This document shows, piece by piece, positions 8,494 through 19,062 of a stretch of 58,352 nt of DNA (position 1 is the stretch's first letter; each line of letters starts with the position of its first letter). The notes beneath the pieces were generated by a model. It did no database searches. It had not been told where the DNA came from and worked only from the letters and a program-made list of their open reading frames with translations. This DNA is from Candidatus Thorarchaeota archaeon. GTDB lineage: Archaea > Asgardarchaeota > Thorarchaeia > Thorarchaeales > Thorarchaeaceae. Both the position numbers and the translations under genes were made by a program. The stretch covers positions 5,745 to 64,096 of the forward strand of contig JBHLQH010000008.1 in assembly GCA_048884965.1 (NCBI GenBank), read 5' to 3'.

Positions 8494-9576
8494 ATGGAGT
8501 CCGTAGACCTAGCATATTGGCTTCTGAGAAACGCAGGTCCATCAATCAGATACAGAACTTATGTCGATATCTTCCATGAACAAGATATTGGGCTAGTGTG
8601 GCAGGCACTCTCAGAGCTAACAGCAAGCCCTCTGATACACGAGTGGCTTCAGAGATTGGTACCTGGATTCGGGTTGAACTTAGTCCATTCCAGTCGGCCC
8701 CATGCCTATGAGAATGTGATGGGTAAGCTGGTCCAACTCGGGCTTCGAGCAGGGCTTCAATCCTTTGACAACAAGACGCTCCCATTTCGTGCATGGCTAT
8801 CTGATAATCTCAACTCTCCACCAGACCAGCCTCATGCGATATTCCTCAAAACTGTCATCGCTTCATTCCTGTCGTACGCTGGATATGGGAATATCCATCC
8901 AGTATCAGCTCATCTCATTGCAAGGCTGAGCTCCCTCTACGCCTTTTCCAAGGAGCCAGATTACGAGTCGATATTCGTTGATAGGATGGGATTCAAAGGA
9001 ATACCAAAGACTCTGGAGAGCTATAATTTGGTAAATCCGGAACTGTATCCTGAACAGCATCTCGCACTCCCTTGGATATATGATATACGAGGGCTCGCAT
9101 TCTGCACAGATATCATGCAGTCAAGCACTCTCAGGAAACAGGCTGAAACTGTAGTGAAAATGATACTAACAGAGGAGTATCAAAGCCTTCCTCGGAGCTA
9201 TGGAATCGCCAAGTATGGTGATCATTACTATGTGCTCGGTTGGTCAACACATCTTCCTAACTACAGGCAAAGACCAACGGGAGTTCCTTTCGCTGAACTT
9301 ATCCTTTCCCTAGAGATGCTGGCTCCGTTCGATTGTACTAGAACAAGCAGCTGGTTCCAAGATTCAATGGGCTACCTTGAGGAGTTCAGAACGGATGATG
9401 GCACATACAAGTTTCCCAGAGATTCCCTTCCCGAGAAAATGGATGGATACTGGGTAGGCGGATATCGGATGGGACTGGAGGAGAAACGCAGAAGCGAAAT
9501 TGCAATCGAGTGCGAGTCGACCTTCTGGATGTTGCGCATCAAGACCCTTGCGGGAACACTTCAGGCTCGATTCTAG
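8494..9576 (+). CDS. hypothetical protein, possibly alpha/alpha-toroid fold
   Basis: 360-aa ORF, strong SD GGAGGT, WLL..AGPSIRYRT N-terminus. Confidence 0.7.
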   Translation: MESVDLAYWLLRNAGPSIRYRTYVDIFHEQDIGLVWQALSELTASPLIHEWLQRLVPGFGLNLVHSSRPHAYENVMGKLVQLGLRAGLQSFDNKTLPFRAWLSDNLNSPPDQPHAIFLKTVIASFLSYAGYGNIHPVSAHLIARLSSLYAFSKEPDYESIFVDRMGFKGIPKTLESYNLVNPELYPEQHLALPWIYDIRGLAFCTDIMQSSTLRKQAETVVKMILTEEYQSLPRSYGIAKYGDHYYVLGWSTHLPNYRQRPTGVPFAELILSLEMLAPFDCTRTSSWFQDSMGYLEEFRTDDGTYKFPRDSLPEKMDGYWVGGYRMGLEEKRRSEIAIECESTFWMLRIKTLAGTLQARF

Positions 9577-10654
9577 TCCTATTACGTCGGGCTACTGTCC
9601 CTGTGAAGATGAAGGATAGGATGCGATTGCGCCGTATAACAAAGAGAACCACAGGAGTAGAGACAAGCACACCCAGAGCGAAGCGTAGAGGCCAAAGGAG
9701 ATCAAACGATGATCCAACCTCTGCGATGGACCAACCAAACAGGAACATGATTGGCGCAGTAAGGAAGAATGTCAATGGATGGAACTCGTAGATTTCTTGG
9801 GATGCATTCCCTAACATGACAAGTCCCCGACGAATGGTCTCAAAGGAATCCGCGATATAACTAGCGAAGATGAAGACTATGATGGTGCCAATCGTACCTG
9901 TTCCAAGATAGATACAGATGCAGAGACCAATATTGTCAACTGCGATGTCAGTGAACCCATTAAGCTCTGAGAGAAGGAACAAAGAAGCAATTGCAAGCAG
10001 AATAATCAATAGATCCTTGACCTTGGAGTTAGTCTTCCAGATGGAAATACCTCCTTCCTTCCTCAGTTCGTTGCCAATGAGTGTGTATGCGCAAGAAACT
10101 AGGATAGCTCCGATATGCCAAGGAACTAACATGGGATAGAATGCCTGATTGATGAGCGCTGCAAGCACTGCAAAGCAAGGAACTAGAAGGAAACGGATGA
10201 TGCGCGGTCGATCCCCGACCAAACGGTCCACAACTGCAAACAAGAGAAATCCAAAGTAGAGGACTGGGAGGAACCATAGATGCGTCGACTGCATGGGCGG
10301 ACCACTCCCGTAGAGGAACCAGAAGACGACCTCGTTGGGGGTTAGGTAGGTTTCAACGGCATCCGGTAGAAGATAGAACAGGATGATCATTATTATCTGT
10401 AGGCAAAAGTAAGGGATAAGGAATTGACGCCCGCGACTTATCGCAAATTTCCTCAGGTCGTATCTGTGTCTTTGTGACTTATAGGTCAGACCTGCCATGA
10501 TGAAGAACAAGGGGATGGTAAAGCTACTCAGGGTGGTAGTGATGATGTTCACGTTGGGTATTATCGAATGGACCAGAATGACTGAGAGAATGCCAAGTCC
10601 CTTCGCTGCATCAATCCATTCAACACGGGTCTGATCTGCAGCGAGCTCGGGCAT
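9539..10654 (-). CDS. acyltransferase family 3 membrane protein
   Basis: RVEWIDAAKGLGILSVILVH, F.IPLFFIMAG, HLWFL motifs; about 10 TM helices. Confidence 0.9.
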   Translation of the reverse strand: MPELAADQTRVEWIDAAKGLGILSVILVHSIIPNVNIITTTLSSFTIPLFFIMAGLTYKSQRHRYDLRKFAISRGRQFLIPYFCLQIIMIILFYLLPDAVETYLTPNEVVFWFLYGSGPPMQSTHLWFLPVLYFGFLLFAVVDRLVGDRPRIIRFLLVPCFAVLAALINQAFYPMLVPWHIGAILVSCAYTLIGNELRKEGGISIWKTNSKVKDLLIILLAIASLFLLSELNGFTDIAVDNIGLCICIYLGTGTIGTIIVFIFASYIADSFETIRRGLVMLGNASQEIYEFHPLTFFLTAPIMFLFGWSIAEVGSSFDLLWPLRFALGVLVSTPVVLFVIRRNRILSFIFTGTVARRNRTRIEPEVFPQGS

Positions 10655-10813
10655 TGTCTAATCACTTCTCTCCTCTCACCTACTTTCCTACCTATATATT
10701 CACCTTCGGTGAATTCATCAAGAAATACCCTCTAGTTGTGCCCTAAAATCAAACCGTTAAACAGATTACGTAAAATAGGGTGTATTCTGTTACAGCTTTA
10801 TTGGGGAGATAAG

Positions 10814-13387
10814 ATGACAATTCGCGTCACGGGAAGTATGACTCTATTCCTAGTCATTCTCCTAGTTTTTCCTGTTATTTGTGCTACTTCAGTAGATTCT
10901 CTAACTCTAGCTGAAATGGAAAATGGAGATTCTGATTTTGCAGTTTCAGCTATTGACACTGATCGTGTGGATTGGAAGATGGACCATTTTGAGAATCAAG
11001 GCTTTGAGGATTGGACTGATGAATACACACCTGAAGTGGATTCGGTGACGAGAACATCAGAGTACTACCGTTGGTACGCCACATCACCATGGCCAGTCAA
11101 TGAAGGAAGTCAATCCTTCGGAATGCAGGCACGAGCCACAAATACGATATACGAGTCCATAGCAGAACTCCAGAGATCCAGTGGATGGGTTAGCAAATCG
11201 AATGTTGTCAATCTAACAATGAGCTTTGATTGGTATATCGATGAGCTTCCAGACTCAATAGGGAATGACACCCTAGTGCTAAGTGTTGAATTCTCGGGTC
11301 CACGATATTTGGTCTACCATCTGGGAAGCGAACCAACTTCAGCGACCAACTCGAGTTCTGAGGGAAACTTCTTCATTGATGGAGTAGCTGACACATGGCA
11401 TCGTTTTGACCGAAATCTCACAGAGGATTACTTTGATGTGTTCAGTTCCTATCCAGGATCATTCATGCTCTTTCGACTCAGGCTCATAAGCCGAACCATT
11501 GAATACTCCAGAGTCTTTCTTGATGATCTATGGTTGGTCAATGGAACAGTAATAATAGGCGGTACGACCGAGAATGGGAACTTTAATGCTGCTACCACTT
11601 GGGATACCGGCCCAAACTACAGTCCTTCTGATGTGTCTCGATGTAGCGATCGTCAGGAAGGGGATTGGAGCTACAATGCGACATCCACATCGAACGGGAA
11701 TGTAAGCTATACATATTTCCGATCCTATCCAGACAAGGTTGCATCTGCCCTCAACCCGGATATCTTCACATTCCAGTGGAAAATGAATGACTTTGGTACT
11801 GGCGATATTTTCAACTACGCTTACGTTTCTGTTTCGACGTATAATAGCACCGGCTTTTCGATGAGCGTGAAGTACAGGATTTGTGGAACGCCTCCATCCA
11901 TATTCGGAAATGGCATAGACATCAATGTACCAGGATACGAAACCACAGGACAGTGGTACTCGTTCAACACCAGTATTTGGGAGGACTTGTCAGGTACCTT
12001 CACCTTCTCCGATTTGCTAATTGATAGGATTGAGTTTCGAGTGGCAACTAGAGGGGCAGGAGAACGAATTAGCATACTCTTGGATAACCTTACTCTGACG
12101 ATGGCTAGATTGAATGACATGGGATACGAGCAGATAGGAGATGTCGGAGACGAGATCTATGCCTGGAGCCCAACAAGTGGCCCCTTTTCCGAGATGACTC
12201 TGACAGATGATGCCTACAGCGGTCTTTATGCTGCGAACATCACCGTAGAGAATGGAAATACGTTCGGAGAAGACCAAGATTTCTGCAATCTGCCTGTAGA
12301 CGGTGCAACGGACCTATGGTTGGATCTACATTGGAAACTGCAAGAGTACTCAAATCTTGCTTTCGAAGAGGTGTATATGGAGCTAGACTTTGCAGATTCG
12401 AATTCATTCGGGTACATATTCGCAAATGGAAGTGCGGTAAACACTGGTAATGGATTTGAGGAGTTCATTCTTCTATCAGAAGTGAATTCAGTTGGTACAT
12501 GGTACAGCATCAAGAGAAATATCTTCGATGATTATGTTGAGCTATTTTCTACTGAACCAGACACAGAATTGGAACGTATTCACCTTGCAGTCTATTCGCA
12601 GTCAGGAGGACGAATTGAGTTCTTACTTGATGATGTCTATCTATACACAGATCCTGCACCAGAGATAAGCAATGAAGCTCGAGATCCAACAGCTCCAGAA
12701 GGGAATGAAGTTGTTGTTGTGACCGTTGATGTCTTCGATCCGAGCCTTGATGTAGTGATGCTACACTATCAAGTAGATTCAGGAAGCTGGATGGAGGATG
12801 AGATGGTGCATGACTCAGGAAACACCTTCAATGCAACCATCCCAGGTCAACTCTACGATTCAGAAGTTCAGTACTATATCTCGGCAAACGATACCTTTGG
12901 ACAAAGCACTACAACTGGAATGTTTTCCTATACCACTGTTGACACAGAAGGTCCAATAATGGCAATCTCATCTCCTGCAAACGAATCTATATGCAGTGGA
13001 GGAGTTGACATTTCTGTCGATGCTTCTGACGATGCATCTGGAATCCAACGAGTTGAGCTGTATATCAATGGCGAGATGGTCTTGAACGATACCTCGGCGC
13101 CTTATTCCTATGACTGGGATACAACAGCAGGTGAGAATGGATCATATGTGATCATAGCGATAGGATATGATGTTGCTGGGCTTAATACGACAGTCAAGCA
13201 TGTGGTGACCGTGGCGAATCCTTCAACTTCGACAGGAACTACGACCTCGACCACTGATACAGGTACGACCACACCGCCACCTCCTCCAGACATGACCCTG
13301 ATACTAGTCATTGCAGGATTCTTAGGAGCAGTTGTCGTTATTCTCGTGTATATGGTCGTGATACGACCAAGAGCAAAAGGAACGTAG
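10814..13387 (+). CDS. cell-surface protein: three repeated beta-rich domains, Ig-like domains, C-terminal TM anchor
   Basis: Signal peptide; repeats ending LDDLWL/LDNLTL/LDDVYL; Ig-like V.VDASDDASGIQRVELYING; Thr/Pro linker and TM. Confidence 0.75.
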   Translation: MTIRVTGSMTLFLVILLVFPVICATSVDSLTLAEMENGDSDFAVSAIDTDRVDWKMDHFENQGFEDWTDEYTPEVDSVTRTSEYYRWYATSPWPVNEGSQSFGMQARATNTIYESIAELQRSSGWVSKSNVVNLTMSFDWYIDELPDSIGNDTLVLSVEFSGPRYLVYHLGSEPTSATNSSSEGNFFIDGVADTWHRFDRNLTEDYFDVFSSYPGSFMLFRLRLISRTIEYSRVFLDDLWLVNGTVIIGGTTENGNFNAATTWDTGPNYSPSDVSRCSDRQEGDWSYNATSTSNGNVSYTYFRSYPDKVASALNPDIFTFQWKMNDFGTGDIFNYAYVSVSTYNSTGFSMSVKYRICGTPPSIFGNGIDINVPGYETTGQWYSFNTSIWEDLSGTFTFSDLLIDRIEFRVATRGAGERISILLDNLTLTMARLNDMGYEQIGDVGDEIYAWSPTSGPFSEMTLTDDAYSGLYAANITVENGNTFGEDQDFCNLPVDGATDLWLDLHWKLQEYSNLAFEEVYMELDFADSNSFGYIFANGSAVNTGNGFEEFILLSEVNSVGTWYSIKRNIFDDYVELFSTEPDTELERIHLAVYSQSGGRIEFLLDDVYLYTDPAPEISNEARDPTAPEGNEVVVVTVDVFDPSLDVVMLHYQVDSGSWMEDEMVHDSGNTFNATIPGQLYDSEVQYYISANDTFGQSTTTGMFSYTTVDTEGPIMAISSPANESICSGGVDISVDASDDASGIQRVELYINGEMVLNDTSAPYSYDWDTTAGENGSYVIIAIGYDVAGLNTTVKHVVTVANPSTSTGTTTSTTDTGTTTPPPPPDMTLILVIAGFLGAVVVILVYMVVIRPRAKGT

Positions 13388-13397
13388 CTGGGACACG

Positions 13398-13419
13398 GCC
13401 CTGTCAGATTTGGCAGGGC
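13398..13419. terminator. GC-rich hairpin between convergent genes
   Basis: GCCCTGTCA-GATT-TGGCAGGGC. Confidence 0.4.
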
Positions 13420-13471
13420 ACCCGTCTTATTTCGTAAGAGAGATCTCAATATCTAAAGTTTTGACCTAGTG

Positions 13472-14740
13472 CTAGCTCTGACTCTTTTTCCAGTACAATA
13501 GCACGATGACTCCAATAGTGGCTACTCCTGAAACTATGATTGCAGGAATCGCATAATCAGTTGAAATGGTTGTTTGATTCGCGTCAGGTCCTGATGAAAC
13601 AGATTGCAGAATGTAGTCAGTATACAGGTCATACTCTGGATCATAATCGAGGTCTCCAATTCGAGCAGTAAAGACGACGACAAGATCTAGCTCGCGGGAT
13701 ACGATGATCTTCTGCCCCATACGACCGCAAGCCATGAAGGTCTCCATATCAGGAGCTAGCCACCATTGCCAGCCATAGCCAGCATATTCTGGTGGAAAAT
13801 AGAGATCTGTGAAATGAGGTGTGGTCGCATTTGAAACATAAGACGATGAGAGAATCTGGGTCCCATTCCATGTCCCGTTATTTAGATAGAGGAAGCCAAG
13901 CTTCGCCATGTCATGGGTATTGGCCCTGAAGCCTCCCTGAGAGTTGTACCAACCTCCAGGAAACAGATACCAAGTTGTAGACCCAAATCCGAGAGGCTCG
14001 AACAAGAACTCTTCCGCAAAGCTATCAGTGGTATATCCGGGAATCTGCTGAATGATCGCGCCAAGAAGTGTAGACACTCCTCCGCTATACAGGAATACTT
14101 CACCAGGGTCGTGTATCATAGGCTTATCAAGGACATACTGTACTACATCAGAACTTACCATCATCCCGCCAAGATCGTTGACCTCAGGGTCTGTGAAAGG
14201 CAGTGATGACTCATCCCACTCGAAACCAGCACTCATGGTAAGGAGATGCTCTATAGTGATGTCGCTCTTTCGCAAATCGGGATTTGCTGGTGTATACTCC
14301 GGGAAGAAATCAAGGAGGTGTTCGTTGACGCTACCTATGAATCCTTGTTGAAGTGCAATTCCAATGAGCGTCGAAGTGAAGCTCTTCGATACCGAATGCA
14401 TGTCATGTCTTCGTGTGGGGTTGTAAAGTCCTGAAGGGTATGCCTCAAAGACCGCATAGCCATTCCTAACTATGAAAACTGAGTCTATTGGATAGTCCTG
14501 TTCTTCAATGTGACCAATCATGTTGTTGAGAATGGTGACACTCATACCCTCTTCAGCAGGGGTGCTGTTTCTCCAGCCATAGGTTGGCCAGTAGTCACGA
14601 GGCGCAGTTCCATCTTGAGAAGTGGAGAAACCACTGTTGGTAGATACGCTACGTCCAATCGCTTGTTCGCTTGTCAACACTGACAAAGAGGACAGAAATA
14701 GAATTACGATAATCCCAATGCTATAGTGCATCTCTTTCAT
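13472..14740 (-). CDS. serine hydrolase, beta-lactamase/AmpC-like family, membrane anchored
   Basis: HSVSKS (SxxK), HLLTMSAG, F.YS, GYGWQWW; signal peptide and C-terminal TM. Confidence 0.9.
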   Translation of the reverse strand: MKEMHYSIGIIVILFLSSLSVLTSEQAIGRSVSTNSGFSTSQDGTAPRDYWPTYGWRNSTPAEEGMSVTILNNMIGHIEEQDYPIDSVFIVRNGYAVFEAYPSGLYNPTRRHDMHSVSKSFTSTLIGIALQQGFIGSVNEHLLDFFPEYTPANPDLRKSDITIEHLLTMSAGFEWDESSLPFTDPEVNDLGGMMVSSDVVQYVLDKPMIHDPGEVFLYSGGVSTLLGAIIQQIPGYTTDSFAEEFLFEPLGFGSTTWYLFPGGWYNSQGGFRANTHDMAKLGFLYLNNGTWNGTQILSSSYVSNATTPHFTDLYFPPEYAGYGWQWWLAPDMETFMACGRMGQKIIVSRELDLVVVFTARIGDLDYDPEYDLYTDYILQSVSSGPDANQTTISTDYAIPAIIVSGVATIGVIVLLYWKKSQS

Positions 14741-14890
14741 GACGACAACGTCCTATGACTGTATCTTATAGTCATGCAACTGTGTGCTATAAAGACTGGA
14801 TGTCGACGCAATCCCGTTCTTGGATAGACCAAGACTCTGGGCTGCTACGTGGTAAGCTTTAAAACCAACACTTACTCGCTCATCAGTCAA

Positions 14891-14965
14891 GCGCTCGTTG
14901 TCTAGGGGCTATGATGGTTCCCTGCCACGGAACCGGCCCGGGTTCGAGTCCCGGCGAGCGCACCA
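14891..14965 (+). tRNA. tRNA-Gly(GCC)
   Basis: Acceptor GCGCTCG/CGAGCGC, anticodon arm GTTCC-CTGCCAC-GGAAC, GGTTCGAGTCC, encoded CCA. Confidence 0.95.
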
Positions 14966-15005
14966 CTTCTTTTCTGAGCGTATCCGTCTACATTTTCCCG
15001 ACATG

Positions 15006-15566
15006 CTAGTGATTTCCAAGCTTTCGACCCAGTTCATACGCCTCTTCAAGTTTCTCCGGATTATTAGATACATGGATATCGTCGATTGTGGGATCATCTG
15101 ATAATGAGCAGTATATCAAAGGAGTGAACTCCCCATCAAAAAAGGGACAGATCCGTTCAAAGAAGGCAACCATCGTTTCATAATGATGCCAGTAGGTAAA
15201 GATGCCAACGAACTTCTTTCCTGTCCACCATTCACTAGGTCCGACAGCAAGAGCCTCCATTCTATCTAGAATGACCTTCAATTGAGCAGTCATGTATCCC
15301 CAAAGCATGGGAGTCGAAAAGACAACGATCTCAGATTCCTTGAAAGCTTCATAGATTGGAGTCATATCATCGTCAATAGTGCACTTGTGTCCGGGAGCGT
15401 CCTGACATGTCATGCACATCTGGCATGGCTCAATGTCCATCTCATTTGCATAGAAATCGACTATTTCGTCATGGCCCATACTTCGTAGGCCATTCGCGAA
15501 ATAATGTGCCAATGTGTCTGAGTTCCCGTCACGCCTTGGACTACCATGAAGTATGATTGCTTTCAT
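15006..15566 (-). CDS. flavodoxin family protein (iron-sulfur flavoprotein / FMN reductase-like)
   Basis: GSPRRDGNS, CxxCxxC...C, DDM, STP, LK.ILDR. Confidence 0.9.
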   Translation of the reverse strand: MKAIILHGSPRRDGNSDTLAHYFANGLRSMGHDEIVDFYANEMDIEPCQMCMTCQDAPGHKCTIDDDMTPIYEAFKESEIVVFSTPMLWGYMTAQLKVILDRMEALAVGPSEWWTGKKFVGIFTYWHHYETMVAFFERICPFFDGEFTPLIYCSLSDDPTIDDIHVSNNPEKLEEAYELGRKLGNH

Positions 15567-15651
15567 GATTATTCACTTCTCGATGCTTCGTTTATTGTTT
15601 AATTTCAACGCAAGAGCATCTGCGGTTTAAGCTCAGGTTCCATTCCAGATA

Positions 15652-16764
15652 TCAGGTTTCATCTATTTGCTTCTTGAGAATCATCGCATAGAGATCATCA
15701 ACAGTGCCAGGTGGTATTTTCTCTTCCTCACGTTTCTGTAGACTCAATGCATCATAATCGCAGCTCGCGACACACACTCCACAACCAATACAACGGTCAA
15801 GGTTGATTAACAAACCTTCATTCTCGAGCGTTATCGCATCCATTTGACAGCGCTCAGTGCATATACCACATTGCGTACATAGTTCTTGGTCAACCTGAGT
15901 ATAGTGGTTTGTAGCGAAGAATCGTGCAGGACGCCTTGACATCTTCGTCCCGATGATGACGCCACAACAACATCCACAGCAATTACACAGAAATTCCAGC
16001 TTTTTCGCATTGCTTGGTTGAAGAACTAGTCCATCTTCCTCGTTCTTCAGAATGATTTCGAACAACTCGTCACGAGATATCTCTCGGCCCCAGCCCTGAT
16101 CGATATACATGCTCGCGATAGGACCTGCACCTATGCACAATTCACGTCTATCTGTTGCCTTGCAGGGATTATCCATCAGATCCATTGACTGGCGGCAGAT
16201 GCAATTTGCCACCATAAATGGACCATCACTCGTTTGAATCAGTCCTCTGACATCATCATAACTCGCGATTTCCTTACGGTGAGGAATACTCTTCCCTATC
16301 GGTATAACTCTGAGCTGCGGGGGTTGGGAATAGTGAAGAGCTCGACCAAACGCTTCGATATTGTAATCAACTATATCATCGAAGAGCTCAGGGGTCATCT
16401 TATTGACTTGAAACTCGTATATGCCAATGACCCATGGCGCATTATTGTAGAGTTTCTTGTCGTCTTCTTTGCCTGTGATGATAAGGCCTTTACTGACCAT
16501 TGTGTCCAGAATCGTTTCGAGTTTCTCGATAGAAATCCCGGTTGAGTCAAGTCGTGCGTAGATGTCATTCAATGTTTCAGACGGATGGTGTGAATACCTC
16601 AGATAGGTTGCGATCCTCGCTTCTTCAGTAGTAAAGAGGCGCTTGAGAATACGAATCTCGACGCCAGACTCAGTGGCAGGAAATCCGACTGGCATACTAT
16701 CGAGATGCTCCTGCAAAGTCCGATACACAGAGATATTATCTTGATTCAATGCGAGAAACTCCAA
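15652..16764 (-). CDS. 4Fe-4S dicluster domain protein
   Basis: CICR, CNCCGCCC and two ferredoxin motifs (CTQCGICTERC, CIGCGVCVASC). Confidence 0.9.
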   Translation of the reverse strand: MEFLALNQDNISVYRTLQEHLDSMPVGFPATESGVEIRILKRLFTTEEARIATYLRYSHHPSETLNDIYARLDSTGISIEKLETILDTMVSKGLIITGKEDDKKLYNNAPWVIGIYEFQVNKMTPELFDDIVDYNIEAFGRALHYSQPPQLRVIPIGKSIPHRKEIASYDDVRGLIQTSDGPFMVANCICRQSMDLMDNPCKATDRRELCIGAGPIASMYIDQGWGREISRDELFEIILKNEEDGLVLQPSNAKKLEFLCNCCGCCCGVIIGTKMSRRPARFFATNHYTQVDQELCTQCGICTERCQMDAITLENEGLLINLDRCIGCGVCVASCDYDALSLQKREEEKIPPGTVDDLYAMILKKQIDET

Positions 16765-16893
16765 TCACTCCTCAACTTGTCAGGGTGATTTCAATCCTTC
16801 TGTTTCTTCTCGATACTCTTATCTAAATATCTTGAAACTCAAATATTGAAGCGTGGATCAAATTCAGGGAACACTTCAGAAGAGGGCCATTAA

Positions 16894-17598
16894 TTGCAAA
16901 CAAGTATTCTGGATAGTCTATGGCTGATAATGCTAGTGTATATGATAATTCTTACTGTATTGCTGGTTGGATATATCAAAGTCTACGCCCACATATTTCC
17001 TGAAGGAACGCATTATCGACACTATCGTAAAGGGCGACTAATAAGGCAGGGAAGCAATGGTGGCATGGTAATCAGAATCCCGTTTCTCGATCATGTCGAA
17101 ATTGTAGGTATCGATTCGACGATGATTGACCCTCTTGAGAAATCGATAGTCAAAGAGCAATCAGTCCGAGCAGATATAGATGATGTGTGGAATGCATGGA
17201 CAACTGAAGAAGGAGTCAAGACATTCTTTGCACCTGATGCGAAGGTAGAGCTACGAATCAATGGTCCATATGAGTTGTATTTCGATCTCGATGCAGTATA
17301 TGGACAGAGGGGAGGGGAAGGACTGAAAGTGCTCAGCTACCTACCAAAGAGGATGCTTTCTTTTGAGTGGAACGCCCCTCCGCAATTTCGAGATATCCGG
17401 AAACTTAGGACATGGGTTGTCATGGAGTTTCAAATAATTCAACAGGGTCAGACTCATGTGACATTGACTCACTGTGGTTGGAGAGAGGGCTCTGATTGGG
17501 ATGAGGTCTATAGGTATTTCGAGCGTGCTTGGGATATTGTCATGGACCGATTTCGGAGTAGGTTTGATACAGGACCTGTTGATTGGCAATCACTATGA
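16894..17598 (+). CDS. SRPBCC/AHSA1-like domain protein with N-terminal TM and SPFH-like segment
   Basis: VWNAWTT.EG..FF, LSFEWNAPP, VTLTHCGW, F..AW. Confidence 0.8.
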   Translation: MQTSILDSLWLIMLVYMIILTVLLVGYIKVYAHIFPEGTHYRHYRKGRLIRQGSNGGMVIRIPFLDHVEIVGIDSTMIDPLEKSIVKEQSVRADIDDVWNAWTTEEGVKTFFAPDAKVELRINGPYELYFDLDAVYGQRGGEGLKVLSYLPKRMLSFEWNAPPQFRDIRKLRTWVVMEFQIIQQGQTHVTLTHCGWREGSDWDEVYRYFERAWDIVMDRFRSRFDTGPVDWQSL

Positions 17599-18564
17599 TG
17601 AGAGATTATAGAATTCTCTAGCATTTTTCCAGTATATCTTGCGTAGAATGGCTATTGGAAGATCCAGGCCATTGATGAAGGTCCCTCCAGAGTCCTTTGT
17701 TTCAGGGTCCGGAATTGGAAGCGGGACTTCTTTTCTATCGGTTTCCCAAAGAATCCTTTGAGAGGTGTATCGTCCAGAATAGTACTCATAGCTGCCTCCA
17801 TTAGTTGAGATGTCAGTCCCAAACATGACTCGGTCAGCATATTTGATCATGAACGCTCTAGACTTCTCTGTATCCTTGCTTAGCTCCCTGGCCATCCATC
17901 GAGATGATGCGGTGTCAAGGGAAACGTTCGGATATCTATCAAGCCACCTTGCCAAGGTAGATAATCTGTGAGGCTCTGGTTGAGACGCCATATGCGCAAG
18001 CTGGAACTTGAGCCGGGAGTGCCGAGAGATCAGACTCTCAAGCTGAGACAGGTGCTCCTCCTTTGTCCCATATTTCTCAGAGTCCTTGTATTGGTTGGCA
18101 AAGTAGGTATCAGGGTCAGCTACATGGAGCAACAAGGGGATTCCTTCGTTCTCTAATGCCCGAAACACTGGTTCAAGCTTTGGTGAGTCAACACGAAAGC
18201 CACCAGGAACTTCACCCACATAGTCACGCCATCGAGGACCGAACCACATCTTGGCAAGTGAGAAGCCCTGCTCCTTTATCTTGGAGATATCCTCAATGAT
18301 GGCATTCGTATTGAATTGAGCGACATCACTCATGGAGAGATATTTTGCGAAGACGAAACGATTAGGGAATTGCTCCTCCAGATTACGAAATCCAGGAGCA
18401 TGGACTATGCCAACTTGTGCAGTGATTCCAAATTCCTCTTCGATCTTGACGAGTTTCTCTACATCATTGGGAGCCCCAATATGGGTGTGCACGTCAAATA
18501 TTGGGCCACTATATTTCCAAGAATCGCTCAAAGTGCTCAGATATTCGAATATTGATTCGTTCAA
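17593..18564 (-). CDS. amidohydrolase family protein
   Basis: DVHTH, LLLHVAD, LAHMA, DRVMFGTD. Confidence 0.85.
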   Translation of the reverse strand: MNESIFEYLSTLSDSWKYSGPIFDVHTHIGAPNDVEKLVKIEEEFGITAQVGIVHAPGFRNLEEQFPNRFVFAKYLSMSDVAQFNTNAIIEDISKIKEQGFSLAKMWFGPRWRDYVGEVPGGFRVDSPKLEPVFRALENEGIPLLLHVADPDTYFANQYKDSEKYGTKEEHLSQLESLISRHSRLKFQLAHMASQPEPHRLSTLARWLDRYPNVSLDTASSRWMARELSKDTEKSRAFMIKYADRVMFGTDISTNGGSYEYYSGRYTSQRILWETDRKEVPLPIPDPETKDSGGTFINGLDLPIAILRKIYWKNAREFYNLSS

Positions 18565-18650
18565 AAGGAATTCCCTTTGACAACATCCTCACGACTCAGA
18601 TTGCGGGTTTCACACAAACAGTTGATATGCAAAACATGCCTGAAGGAAGT

Positions 18651-19058
18651 ATGAAACGTGTGCTCTTCCTCTGTACTGGAAACTCAGCACGAAGTCAGAT
18701 GTCAGAAGCGTTGTTGAAATATCTTGGAGGGGATGGCTTTGAGGTCCATAGTGCAGGTACGAAAGTCGCAGCCACAGTCAATCCATTCGCTCTGGAGGTC
18801 ATTCGGGAACGAGGTGCTTCAACTGAAGGTCTCTACCCAAAGAAGGTGGATCAATTCATGAATCAAGCATTTGATGTGGTTATCACGGTCTGCGATAGTG
18901 CAAAACAGGCTTGCCCTCATTTTCCAAACGCGAAGATGATGCTCCATTGGTCCCTTGAGGACCCTGCTGCATTCCAAGGTACATATGATGAGATATTACA
19001 GGTCTTCAGGGACACACGTGAAGAGATAGAACGAAGGATAAAATCACAGCTTCTCTAG
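18651..19058 (+). CDS. arsC: arsenate reductase, LMW-PTP fold
   Basis: VLFLCTGNSARSQM, SAGT, VITVCD...CP.FP, HW..EDP; start moved to ATG 18651. Confidence 0.85.
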   Translation: MKRVLFLCTGNSARSQMSEALLKYLGGDGFEVHSAGTKVAATVNPFALEVIRERGASTEGLYPKKVDQFMNQAFDVVITVCDSAKQACPHFPNAKMMLHWSLEDPAAFQGTYDEILQVFRDTREEIERRIKSQLL

Positions 19059-19062
19059 GGGA

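Noticed and set aside
11771-11783. TTCCAGTGGAAAA ORB-like core
   Set aside because: Inside a CDS (FQWK), no G-string, no AT-rich neighbour.
14898-15101. ORFs overlapping tRNA genes (also 46069-46284 and 53621-53827)
   Set aside because: Explained by the tRNA genes.
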